A program made the position numbers and the translations under genes. Source: Fimicolochytrium jonesii (taxonomy: Eukaryota). Taken from it: a DNA stretch of 64,000 nt. How positions within the stretch are numbered: the first letter of the stretch is position 1; every line of letters begins with the position of its first letter. Positions 1 through 11,719 of the stretch are shown here, piece by piece. The DNA lies in assembly GCF_025526975.1 (NCBI RefSeq), contig NW_026515685.1:62001-126000 (forward strand), read 5' to 3'. The notes under the pieces were generated by a model. The model saw only the letters and a list, made by a program, of their open reading frames with translations, searched no databases and was not told the origin of the DNA.

Positions 1-440
1 AAGAGGTCAGCTGTTACAAGACCCATCTGGTGGAAGCTGTCAAGAGGGTCGATAGATTGGCTGCGGAGATTGACGAGTTGCGCGGTGGGGGGAACAAAAG
101 CGCGGTGGATGAGGAGGACCTGAGACGCCGTGAAGCCATGTGGACGCGTGAACGATCGGTGCTCGCGGACGAGAACAAAGGGTTAAGGACGCAGGTGGAC
201 ACGCTCAGATCACAAGTGGAGAGATGCGAGGGCGAGCTACGGGGGTTCAGGGCCAGGGTGAGGAATGGAGGTGGGCGGGGGACGGGGAGAGGGAATAGTG
301 GTGCTGCAGTTGTCGGTGAGCAGGATCGGAGGATGCGGATGAGTTTGCCTCTGGGGGTTTTGCAGGGCCGGGGAGGGGATCTGGGTGGGATGCGTGGTGG
401 GGATGAGAGAGGTGCTGCTGGACATATTGGAGATGTGTGA
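1..440 (+). CDS. 3' end of a coiled-coil protein (gene begins before the window)
   Basis: Open frame from the window edge with heptad-like charged helix (LADENKGLRTQVDTLRSQVERCEGEL), followed by an AT-richer 3' region. Confidence 0.4.
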   Translation, partial: EVSCYKTHLVEAVKRVDRLAAEIDELRGGGNKSAVDEEDLRRREAMWTRERSVLADENKGLRTQVDTLRSQVERCEGELRGFRARVRNGGGRGTGRGNSGAAVVGEQDRRMRMSLPLGVLQGRGGDLGGMRGGDERGAAGHIGDV

Positions 441-1117
441 GGGATTTGGGGCGTGCGTTCCACACATATACATGGCACGACCACCTTATCAGGTATCGTC
501 ATCCGTCCCCCACCCCAAACGAAGTGGGGCTAGAGTACAACATAATGTAAAGCGTATACGTACAATACATACAATATATCGAAAGACTCTGCGCGAAAAT
601 CCGACGTGCCTGAGATAATACACTCTCAACCTGTATCTAAATCCTCGCAAATCGGTATCCACATTCACAATGTAATATACAGGACAAAAACCGCAATCAC
701 AAACGGTGCTAGATGAAACTATGCCGTCCGTGTCCGAATCAGAAAAGTCTGTGCGTTCGGACCAAGCGCCTTTCCCCTTTCAAAAGACCAAAGGAAGGAG
801 GGACCACATCCACCGTATTCCCCAATCTCATTACCGCAACCCCACTATGCAAATAACCTGTACAGAAAGAGAGCGACTAGCATATACAAGAGGCGACAAA
901 AAACCTACATACGTATGATACAGATGAAACCACCCACCCCCGCACAAGAGGGGGAAACAGACGATATCGCGGATATCCCGCACATGCCGTCCCGAACTCG
1001 CCAGCCAGAGCACGGTGCAGCTATTCGCACAAAGGAAAAAAGAGGGTGGGGGGGGGGGGGGGGTTCGGACCAGCCGCACCGACACCATCAAGTGCCACAC
1101 ACCAGCGCTCGCTCGTT

Positions 1118-2960
1118 TCACCGCCCCGGGGGCATCGTCCCGGGTGGCGGCACCTGATAAAAGCTGCCTGCATACGCCGAGACGGCCGAGTTCTCGGTCT
1201 CGGTGCCGACCGCGGACGCCTTCGCCATCGCTCTCGCCTCGAACCCCAACGTGTCCCGCCGGTTCCCGTACCCGTACGACACGCTCTCGTCGTCGTAGTA
1301 CCCGCCGACATGCTGCTGGGCCGATGACGAGGGCGGGAGGGGGGGTGATGCGCCGCAGGGGTATTCGCCGGATGGATCGGCGCGGTAGTACGTGTTGTCG
1401 GCGTAGGCTGAATGGTGGTCTGCCGCGGGGGTGGTGTTGTCGTAGGCCTGTTTCGTTCGGGACGCTTCGTGGTTGTTGTTGTTGTCGGCGGTGTAGGAGC
1501 CGTCCAATGCGGTGGGGGCGTCCTGCGATCGGGGCGGGGAGGCAGCCTGCGGCTGGGAGAGGAGGTGGGGGTAGGGGTGGTCGTAGCGTTCCGAGCCGGA
1601 GTTGTAGTCGTAGTCTGGGTAGGCTGTTGTTTGGTGGTTGTAGGTTTGTTGTTGTTGCTGGTGGTATGGTGTGTCGTAGGGCTGTTGGTGCTGATGGGCG
1701 GCGTATGAGGCGTAGGCGGCCCCACCTGCGAGCGGGACTGCGGCGGCGGCCGGGGCCGAGTAGCCCATTGCGGTGGAGGGGGCGTAGTAGGCCGTGTCGT
1801 GGTGGGCGGGGGCGTAGCCGGCCATGTGGTCGTGGGGTGAGACGTAGGCGTAGTCGGGGCGTTCGGCTACGGCGGGGACGGGCGGGTAATAGGGTTTGCT
1901 GTAGTTCTGTCGCTGTTGCCGATATACCCCCTGCGTCACAGTGTCGAGGTCGTCGTCGGTTTTTTTGGACATTTTGGGAACGCCGTTGGCGCCGATGCTG
2001 TCGATCCCTGGCGGGAGGGGTTGCGGACGGGCGCCGGCGCCGTAGTAGGCCCCGTCTGATACCGACACGGGGGGTAAACCGGTATTGATCTCGCTGTTGT
2101 TGGCGACTATCATGCCCTGTTTCCTGCTTAACTGGGTCTTATGCCTCCTCCGTGCGGCGAAATACGCCACTTCGACGATGAGAAACATGGCGCCGGTGAT
2201 GATGGCGAGGAGAATGAACCGCGTTTTGGCGGAGGTGGAGCCGCCGGAGGGGTTTGTGGTGTCTGGGATGTCGCCCGCGCGCACTATGGCGAGAATGGCG
2301 CCTACTAGGGCGCCGAGGGTCACTGTACCGGCGAGGGTGGAGAAGATGGAGTGGATGTTGAAGGCGATAGCGCTGTAATCGATTCGGCGACGGCGGTACA
2401 TCAAGAATGCGATTCCCGTAATCGAAGAGAGGATAAGAATCACACCAACTACCCAGAATCCTACAAAAAAAAAATCAGGCACAAAAATGAATATGGGACT
2501 CTGAAAGCGACCACCCTGCAAATGACAAAAAAATAAAGAAGAAACGATCCAACGCTCGCTGAGGCTCGCTGGAGCCCGTGGTCTGGAGTATTCCGCCTAT
2601 GGCTCGCCCGCCAAGCAACCCTGCACCTCGCTGTGTCGCTCGACGCAGTGCGCATTCGCTCCGCAAGACAACCGCTCGCTTTGCGCTCGTGTACGTCCAC
2701 CATCCTTGCGCCTCCGGCACAATCCGCCAGCCCTCCACCTCGCCTCGCCGTCACGAAGACATACCAATTTTGATAAACTTATTAATCCCGGCGCCAACGA
2801 CGACAATGCCGCTTCCGGCGTCACTCGGCCATTGAGGGAGGTTATAGTGAAAGACATCCTGTGTGAAAGTGAGTTCAGCGGCAACCGCCAAGAAAAAGAG
2901 CCCTGCGAGGAAAGCGATGGCGTTAAGAGAGGCGACGAGGGTTGCTGTTGTGCGGCCCAT
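1118..2960 (-). CDS. Four-TM membrane protein with long Tyr/Pro/Gln-rich cytoplasmic tail (2 exons)
   Basis: ATG 2960 (MGRTTATLVASLNAIAFLAGLFFLAV); phase-1 intron 2764..2461 (GTATGT...TTTGTAG) joins in frame to GFWVVGVILILSSITGIAF; four hydrophobic segments, then a low-complexity tail. Confidence 0.7.
2461..2764 (-). other. 304-nt intron carrying GCGAGC-loop-GCGAGC hairpin motifs
   Basis: Sense strand: GCGAGC-CTCA-GCGAGC (2569..2554), CGAGC-GCAAA-GCGAGC (2689..2674), GC-GGA-GC (~2660), GCC-GGA-GGC (~2714). Confidence 0.7.
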
Positions 2961-4265
2961 TGCTGTATCAGGGATGAGGTGTGAAGTGAAGTGTGAGGAA
3001 GACAAGGGGGGACGCCTTCACCAGTTCAGAAAGCGAAAGGCGCCAGCGGCTAAGGGAGGATGAGGGGGGGGGGGGGGGGGGGGGAATAGGAAGCACTCTA
3101 TGTTCAGAGTGCGTCGAGTGTGTGTCTCTCCCCTGCGTCGCCGGTTGAGGCAGCGGGCGGTGGTCGTGTGCGAACCTTGTCCGTCCCGGAAAGGGAAGGG
3201 CCACTTCGACAGGATTCACAGGAATGAGGGGCAACCGACGCGTTACACTCAGTCACAAGCGATCTTGGCGATTACGCACCGCATCACGTGAGCCCCATGC
3301 ATTTATATTGTGCGTGTTCAGACCTCCAGTCGACTCTGGGTGTAGCAACGCGTTACCACCACAGCATCGACTCCCATCCACGCGCTTTCGGAAGCTACAT
3401 ATGTCCCAGATGTTGTGAGATCTCAGTGCTAGGTGTCGGGAGCGTCGCCCCACCCTCTGAGTCCGTTCAGTTATACCTACTGCATGTGGAGATGCCCGTT
3501 TGTTCAGGCGTCTGCATTCCCACATACAGTACCTGGCAGCCCCATGCGCGACAACCCCTCCGCTACCCTTACGCATTCGGACAGAGCTTCGTGCAGATCT
3601 GCGGGAGGGAGATGGAACTTATACTCAGGGTCCAAATTGCGTTGAAAACCTTGTCAAATCAAGGGGGGGATTCATGGATATCCCCCGTCCCTCTTCCCTC
3701 TGTCTCTCCATGTGAGGAAGGGTATTTTCAGAGAGTCCCCCGTAAATGTCTGTCTAGTTTTGGGATGAGCCGCGGATGGTTTGCGTCTGTCAGATGCGAA
3801 GGGATGGTTAGTTATTTCCCAGTGTATTATCACTTGCTGATCACGTCACGCGCGCGTTGTCCTGTCTGTCTGTCGCTGCGGAGGAAAGAAGACACGTCGC
3901 CGCGAGGACAAGGACAAGGACAAGGACAAGGAGCGAGAGACCCCACGCGAGCACACACCCTCGTGCGGACATTCCAGTAATATTACCCTCTTAGTCGCCT
4001 TTTCCCGTGGATCTTGCTTTTTCCCTCGGTTTGCTCGGTTCGATTCCTTCTCGTATTTATTAAAGAGACCGCCTCCGCCAACCTCGTCAACGCTATCCCC
4101 AGTCTCACTCCGCTCCTCGCTCATTGCAAAAGAAGGAAACTCAAGCCCAACCGCACTTCCAACCTCCCCTCCCAAGCCAACACCTACCACCCACTCCAAC
4201 TCTCCACCCACCGCCGACCCTCACACCGCCCGCCAACCCCCAACCCCCCGAATTCGAATTCCAGA

Positions 4266-5896
4266 ATGACAATAGCAGCCCAGTCCCAATTCGCAACAGT
4301 CGCCCACAACAGACCCTCCGGCGGGCCCTACCGTCTCTGCTATGAACTGCACGGGGAGGGACCTAACAAGGTCTTGCTTGTTATGGGTATGTTGTTTCAG
4401 GACGAGGGGAGGTGTGAAATGGGAGGTGTGTCCGAGGGGTTCGGACGGGGTTTTGGAGGTGTGACGTGGAGTGTGAAATGCGGTGGGGGTCTGCAAGGGA
4501 AGCGAGCGACAGCGAGCCCAATTGCGTCGGAAACGAGGCGCAAGAAAGCCCGTCGGTCATCCATCGCCCGACTACATGAACCCGCCTTACTCGAGATCGA
4601 GCGCCAAGCGCCGGGTGTAGCACGCGAGGGCGTTCGCGTTCGTGACCGAGTCCTAACCTTTCCCTTCGAATATCAAATTACACAGGCCTCTCCGGCTCTT
4701 TACGGATGTGGGACACAACTGTACGACAACTCCTCGCCCGCGGCGGGTTCGAAGTCTGCATTTTTGACAACCGCGACGCCGGCGATAGTGACAAGCCTGG
4801 GCCCGGTTACTCGTGAGTCCCCCTCCTCTTAAAACATGCAACGCTAAACCAAACTCATTTTGATTCATTGCAGCATCCAGGACATGGCGCTAGACGCCCT
4901 CGAACTCCTCCACCACCTCAACTGGACCCGCAACGTGTTTGTCGCAGGCATATCGATGGGCGGGATGATCACGCAGGAACTGCTGCTTGCGGCGCCCGAA
5001 GGCACGTTTGCGAGCGCCGTGCTTATTTCTACTCATGCCGGTTTGACTGTTCCGCCGGTAAAATACCCTTTTTGCACCGTTCCGTCAGACAGCGTAGTCG
5101 GATCAGAAAACGTCCCATCTCATCCCTTCGATACCCCCACACAGCTAGCAACCATCGCAGTCTTCTCGAAACTCATTCTCTGGCCCTGGGGTCGTACGGA
5201 AACGGACATCATCGAAGGGTTCTGCAAACTCGTCTTCCACCCGTCGTGGTTGGACGGCGAGGCGCCCGTCGACTCGGGGTACACGACCAACCGGGAGATG
5301 ATGCAGCAGGTGTGTTTGTGGCATCGCAAAAACCCCCCGCTTTAAAAGCATGAAAGTTCTGACATCTGTGATTGATAACACAGCAACTCCTCCGCGTCGG
5401 CCGCCAAAAAGGCCCGCAGCCCGACCACTCCCGCCGCGGGCAGATCTGGGCCGTGCAGCGGCACTACGTCTCGCCCGCACGGCTGCGCAGGATCGCCCAG
5501 CTGCAGATCCCCGTGCTCGTCATGACCGGGACCGATGATCTCGTACGTTTCTCCATCCCTTCCTTCCACTTTCCTCCCCAACCCCACTCACACACCCTTT
5601 GAATTGTTTTCCAGTTGATCCGCCCCAGCAACTCCCACCACCTAGCCCACCACCTCTCCTGCCCGCTCAAAGAGTTCCCCTCCGCGGGCCACGGCCTCCC
5701 GCAGGAACGCCCGCACCAGGTGCACAGTCTGATGGTCGAGACGTTTCGGAAGAGCGCGGCTTACATGAGCCATACGAGTACGGGTGGGAAGCTGGTGGCG
5801 GGTGAAGGGCACGGCAGGGTGGAGGTGAATGAGGAGGAGGTGAGGAGGAGGGTCCGGGAGGCGGATGCGAGTGTTGCTAGTGCTGCGACGCTGTAG
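4266..5896 (+). CDS. Alpha/beta hydrolase fold protein (multi-exon)
   Basis: YELHGEGPNKVLLVMG|LSGSLRMW..FDNRDAGDS..; nucleophile elbow GISMGG; PVLVMTGTDDL; AGHGLPQE (His); introns with GT/AG ends join the frames. Confidence 0.9.
4387..4685 (+). other. 299-nt intron carrying GCGAGC-loop-GCGAGC hairpin motif
   Basis: GTATGT...CTAAC...ACAG; GCGAGC-GACA-GCGAGC at 4502-4517 followed by TTGCGTC/GGCGCAA and ACGCGA/TCGCGT stems. Confidence 0.7.
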
Positions 5897-6265
5897 GTTG
5901 GGCGCGGGGGATGTGTGTGTCGATGCCATGGCGCGGTTTTGGGAGTGTTGGAAAGTGGGAGAGTGTGTGGCTCCAGCGTCACCCCCCTGGGTCCTCCTCC
6001 GGTCCGTTATCGTTTATTCTTGTTCTTTTTGGGTGTGCCCGACCCTGTTTGTAACATTTTTTTTTTGCGTGCGGTTGTACAGTAACTCCCTTCCCGTCAA
6101 CGTACTTGATATCAATGCGTTTCTTGCTCTCCCTTTTCTGGATGGGGAAGACACGCCCATGTATTGTTTACACATGCCCACCTTTGCGTTTGTGCTCGTT
6201 CATGTGGGAGAGTCGTTTCATCGTTACCCTGCAGCCAAGGGTGTTGCGATGGGCTACTCAATGTA

Positions 6266-7202
6266 CAGTACGCGCGTTACGTGAGCACGGCGGACCTTCC
6301 GCAACGCGTTGTACTTGGCAAGGCCGGGTGACAACGGGAGACGTGGGTGTATCTTGGCTGTCGCGAGTGCCCAAATGCAGGCTGCCCGTCAAGCGATCGG
6401 CTTTGGTAATGTTCTCGAATCGCCCAGTCCTGTGTTTTCAAAAGGGGTTTCGTTATTTCGACGGCACCGCCTTATTTCGACGGCAGCTGCGCAGCACACA
6501 CATACTTTGTTTGAGCACACAGACGGAAGCATCTCTTTCGCAATTGCGGAGGACTCACCTCCAGTTCTGAACCAGACTAGGGTAGCTCCGTCCCCACCCC
6601 TCCGTCACCATTCTGATCATGCTGGCAGAACCGAGGCACTTGCAAGGAAAGTAGGAGCATCGACTGCACTAATAGTCATATAGCAACTTGTATTTTGCGT
6701 TCAATGACACTATTTGGGCATAGGTTCTCCCTGTATACTGGCTCTACTCCCACACGTTGTGCAGTGCTCCAAGCTCCTCAATGGGCAGTGGTGCAATTGC
6801 AGAGTGCTTTCAGTACAGAAGTCAAGTTAACTATCACACCTGGCCGTGCCGGCAGTGAACTACCACGCCTGGCCATGCCGGCAGTGGTCATAACTCTCCT
6901 CCCGTGTAGGAAACCACCCTGCTGAGAGCCCCCACTGAAATGTCCAGGTCCACCGCAGTTGCCTGCAGATGCTGCCAGGTTGGACAAAAAAGCGGCGACC
7001 ACACGCAGCTGCCGTCGGAATAAGATGATGCCGTCGAAATAGCGATTCCCTTCAAAAGCAGATGTACATACAACGACGTAATGCTGGTCCTGGAATAGCA
7101 CTGGTGTGATATTCCAGCGCATAGGTGCGACGCGAAGTTGGTGCTATTTGACTTTCGAATAGCCCTGGTCTCCAATAGCACCGGTGTGCGATAAATGTAC
7201 TG
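6266..7202. mobile_element. Putative non-autonomous DNA transposon (MITE-like) relic
   Basis: 42-bp inverted repeat 6450-6491 / 7004-7045 (37/42, each arm with two TATTTCGACGGCA-like units); 29-bp tandem duplication 6829-6886; outer TA-CAGTAC ... GTACTG-TA ends; no coding capacity. Outer boundaries uncertain. Confidence 0.45.
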
Positions 7203-7551
7203 TACACGCTGGCTCTAATTGTGTTGTGAACGAGCCAAGTTCATTTGTCTAATACAGGATCCGCGCGGAACCACGCGCCTTATATACGCTACGAGAGTAT
7301 AAATGCAACATTGACGGGCTGGCGGGCTTGCAACTGGAGGACACACCTGGGTAACCTGGCGGTCTCGTACAACATATGTACTCACTCTTTCGTCCGTGAC
7401 CGGCGGCCGCAACCGTCTACTATCTATCATACAAAAAATAGAAAGCCAAGAGTCATGTCTTGCTCCTCCCGACTTGGAAGCGAGTGGCCTTTCCTGTCGG
7501 CGTTTCACCATCTCAAGATTCTCAACTCACCGCCACTGCACTACGATCGTC

Positions 7552-9589
7552 ATGTCACTGAACGATAAAGAAGCCAAGGCACTGGAAGATGAAGAAGCCG
7601 AGGCACTGAGCAAACACTTAGGAGGGAAGCATGGACTTGGGGCTTGCAAGAACCTTCTGAAGGTACGGTGCTATGTATAGCATTTTGTAACGTTCTGGAT
7701 AGAACGCAAAACGCTTAGCGTTCACTGTAACTTAGATCATCCCACCACTCTGAAGAGCGTGCGAGATCGAGCACCTTTGCCAACAACCATCAAGAAAAAA
7801 GGGGACTGGAAAGAAATCATCAGGTTTTTTGACGCCGAGGCGGACGTCGAAAAATCAAAGCTCGAAGAGATGAAAGTGCTTCTGCAAGACATCTATCCAA
7901 GCAAATCTATGACCACCGGGTGAGTTGCTTTTACCGTTTTGCTTGCCTTGTCGGAACCTCACACCTCCGACTCGCCAGCAGCCATGGTGCAAGGGACACA
8001 AATGGAACCTGTGCCTTCGAGACCACCAATGCATTCCCCAATCCGGCTGTTCCCTCGGTCACCATGCCCGTACCTGCGGCCCAACGCAACTCGGTCAAGT
8101 TTGAGGTTTCTCTGGGACAACCGAATGAAGCCCGGCCCTTCAACTCGCCCGCTGGGAACTCTGCCGACGATAAAGCCGCCAGTATCGCCTCAACAGATAT
8201 GGACACGTTAAAAGGAGCCACTGTCGACCCCGCCTCGGCCGATGCGGCAGTCAAGCCTCCCAGCTTGGCGGCAGCGTATTCCACTCCGCAGACTAGTGCG
8301 TACCACCTTGGTGGTCCGGGCTCTCCTCACATGCAGGTTTCTCAATGGCATGGTGTGTGCGCGCATGTTTTCAACAGCTCTTGTTGCTTGATTCCGTGTA
8401 CACAAAGAATACTCAAACTCACTCACTGCTCACTGTCCAGGTTACCCGCCCTATTACTCCCCACATGTTTCCATAACAGTTACCACGAACACTGTCTCTG
8501 ATGACAAGGCGCACCAAATGGACGTTCCTTCGATGGGCGGATCGGTCGCCGATACCTCTGTGACGAGTAAGGCTGCACATGTAAGCTTCCCGAGATAGCA
8601 ACACAAAATGAGTCGCCTTAAAACTAAATAATGTTCCACTCATACAGGTCCTCTCGACAGTCGCGTCGGCGTTCGGGTCTTCGGATGCTGAGGCGGAGGA
8701 GTCCAACCCCCAAAGCGATACCTACTACTTCATCGGCATCGGTGCCTTGACAGGATTTCTCATCGGATTTATCATCCTGTGCATTCGAATCGACCTCCAA
8801 GCCCTCATTAGTGCCCCTGTCGGCGGTACCCTCATTGCGGCCGATGGCGCGCTCATCAAAGCCTATTTCAATAAAAGGGAGCGCGACCGACAGGCAAAGA
8901 GGGCAGCATTTCAGAGAGCTCTTGAAAAGATCTGCGACGACCCGGACGTACGGATCTTTTTCCAGCTTATCACTCGGGGGAAAATCCCGCCTCTTGCGGG
9001 ATGCAACGATTGCAATCATTGCAACATTGGAAACTTCCACGAATGTCCGAAGGCAGAGTGCAAGTTGGAGAACCAAATTCACTTCGAGCATCCCCTTGGG
9101 ACACTGGGCCTGAAGGATATCCGGAGAAATTATTTGTTCATGGAGGAAGACCACATGGCGGACAGCAGGATAAGCAAACTTCGAGCTGCATGCGTAAAGG
9201 CCGTTCGCGTTTTTCACTTCCAGTGGCTGGAGCTAAAGAAAGGTGAGGCACTCTCCATTCTCCTTATGCGGACCTCATCCCCTGATCTCATCGGAATTTG
9301 CACGCCCATATTTTCAGATAAGAAACTTCTGAAAGAGGTTGTCCGTGAAAGCAATCTGGAGACGCTTGTTCATTACGAAAACTCGGTCCTGCACGAGCAT
9401 CACCACGGCGACGGGAACAGGCCTTACAGGGCACAACGCTACGGCACGTCCAGGCTTTACCACGTCTGCTACCATGAGCTTTGCGAAGCCCAGTTTTGGT
9501 CGTTTATCGCATTCCTCAACTTTGTGGAAAAGGTCCATGGTAAGGACGCCCTTCTTCGTTGCAACTGTGCGTCTATTTGCGTTGGTTGA
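7552..9589 (+). CDS. Hypothetical multi-exon protein: helical N-terminus, Ser/Pro/Ala linker, hydrophobic TM segment(s), Cys/His-rich C-terminal domain
   Basis: Exons at ~7736-7919, 7979-8352, 8441-8580 and 8649-9589 splice in frame with canonical GT/AG; exon 1-2 junction uncertain; contains C-x2-C-x2-C-x7-C (CNDCNHCNIGNFHEC). Confidence 0.6.
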
Positions 9590-9857
9590 GTTCTCATCAC
9601 TCACCCTCGTGCAACCAACAGCTCTCACCCCGTGCAACAGCCGTCGACACGGAACCGTCCGCCTTGTGCCACACTGACGTCTGCACCGTTATTTGGATAC
9701 CCGGTTGCCCCTCGAAGCCCGTGCCTAGACAGCACACCCATGAGCCCCCCACGCACACAGTCTCAATCGCCCCAGCAGATCACAAGCAGCAAATGGAACC
9801 CATCCAGCTGTTGCCGTAAAACGACTGAAACGACCTCCCACACATGAAACGCAGAAC

Positions 9858-10030
9858 CCGTTGCCGGCAACGGATGACCTAACCATACCTCATTCTGATA
9901 CCGTGTGATACCCTCATGCCTAGTAGATAGAACACCAATCCTTGCGCCATAGGCCTCATCGTTTGAAAACTTTCCTTGCATTTGCTACGATACCGTATGA
10001 TATACCCACTCGCCTAGAAGATAGAAAACC
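9858..10030. repeat. 16-bp perfect palindrome plus ~40-bp imperfect direct repeat
   Basis: CCGTTGCCGGCAACGG 9858-9873; GATACCGT.TGATA...GCCTAG.AGATAGAA.ACC at 9897-9936 and 9989-10030. Confidence 0.7.
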
Positions 10031-11719
10031 GAGAATTTGCGAGTCTTTGAAGTTGAACACAATAAAAAAAGGCAATGCTGAAAAAGATACATAACGGTGT
10101 CTTATTACACGTCCACGTCTGGCGACTCGGCGATTCCCTATATCATGTCCGACCCTATCTAACGTTTACGGTGGATCCGGCACCCGACTCGACATCGTAC
10201 ACGCCGATAGGGACTCCGAGAACAGTGCGTCGGCCGCCCATCGGTTGAATGAAGCGTTCCTGCATCTCAGCACCAGACTCCTTGCTGGGGTTTTGTGCGC
10301 ACGTGGACACTGGGTACAGAGCCGGAAACAAACAAACGCCAATGAACCCTTATGAACACCACCGCAAACACACAAACAAACATCCACCCGCCGTCAGATT
10401 CGCGGTCTGGCGCCGCCGGTGAGCATACACACCGTGGCCGCGATGCCGTAAACGGGCATACGAAAGCCAGCAGCATGGCCGCGTGATGCGTCCCGGATCC
10501 CGCCTGCGGTTTCGCGAGCAGCACGAGGGCGTTTGGGGCGATGGGATTGTGAGAGCGGGAGGTGGGCTGCGAGTGCTTCGCCGCGGTGGTTAGGAGACGA
10601 CCGTTGTGGCCGGGAGGCGGGTTCGCTCGATGATCACGCATATGACGAGGCCTCCGTCGTACGTTGGGGAGAAGGGACGTTACTTGCAGATGCTTCGAGG
10701 TTGGGAATGGTACCTGTTGGGCTGATGTTCCAGCATCCATCTACCGGGGTTTCGTCTGCAAAGTACAGCTGTTGTGTTGTTCAATAATGAAAACCCTGTG
10801 GGCAGATTTGTTTGGTGAGTTGATCTGGACAGTGGTGTCCGGGCCCTACGAACCAAGGGCTCTATCTGCCTTGCGGCTGCGAGTGCATGAAGAAGCGGAA
10901 GCGTCAGCCAGGGAGTTTGAACAGATCACATATGATAAGATCGCATGACCCATTGGTGGGAGGAACTGACATCACAAGTTTTGCCAAGCAGACGCCCCGA
11001 TGTAGGCCCACGGCACCCGATGCGTAGCACCCTCGCACTGGCATCTTGGTGAAAATCGGCGAACGAGGTCCCTGTCAAACTTCTGTCAATTCGCAACGCT
11101 TCTGGCCGCACACCCAAAAGGCGTCGAGAAAAAAAGGGAGGAGGGGCTCGCAACTGACCCTTGGGGTGGGTCGGTGGGCTTAGCTACGGGCAAAGCATGT
11201 CATGTTGTCGCAACTAACTTACGTCACCCTGTAGGGAAACTCAGGACCAAAGTTGGAAAGCACACATGGGGGTTGCCGAAGAAAACAAGGAAGCAAGCTC
11301 CATGAGGCGGGCATGGAGGTCTTGATGCAGGAAATCCTAGAAGCCGGGGCCTAGATCCACGCAGACCAACACGGCTTACTTTTCTATAAACCGACTCTGC
11401 ACCACCGTAACGTCCCAGGGGTCCAGGGTGAGCGGTGTGCTGAGGCCCACCCGTTGCTTCGTACCCGTGCCCCCTATATCTAGTACGATGCAGCGATACC
11501 GCGGCGGTCACTCGTTTGGAAGTGCCTCGGAATATGATAACTCTCACCGTTGCCATTTGTCCCCAATTTGTCCAGAATCTGTCCCCACGTCAACTTGCCA
11601 CGTTTCGCCCGCCTGTCAGCCTGTCACCGTTCAGGTCACCGTTCACCTTTCTTCATCTCCATCACAAACCCCCACCTCGCAATTATCATCCCCCCACCCC
11701 ATCTGCCCCACCACCCGCC

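Noticed and set aside
1015..2088. Long Arg/Gly-rich ORFs (also 18363-19454, 27924-28943, 39181-40260)
   Set aside because: Alternative-frame or antisense shadows of GC-rich real genes.
3288..3980. 230-aa ORF in the divergent intergenic region
   Set aside because: No ATG at its start, no coding bias or motif; overlaps the probable promoter region.
9858..9885. Palindrome plus CTAA as a Helitron 3' end
   Set aside because: Spacing is only 5 nt and CTRR is not followed by T; no Rep/helicase nearby.
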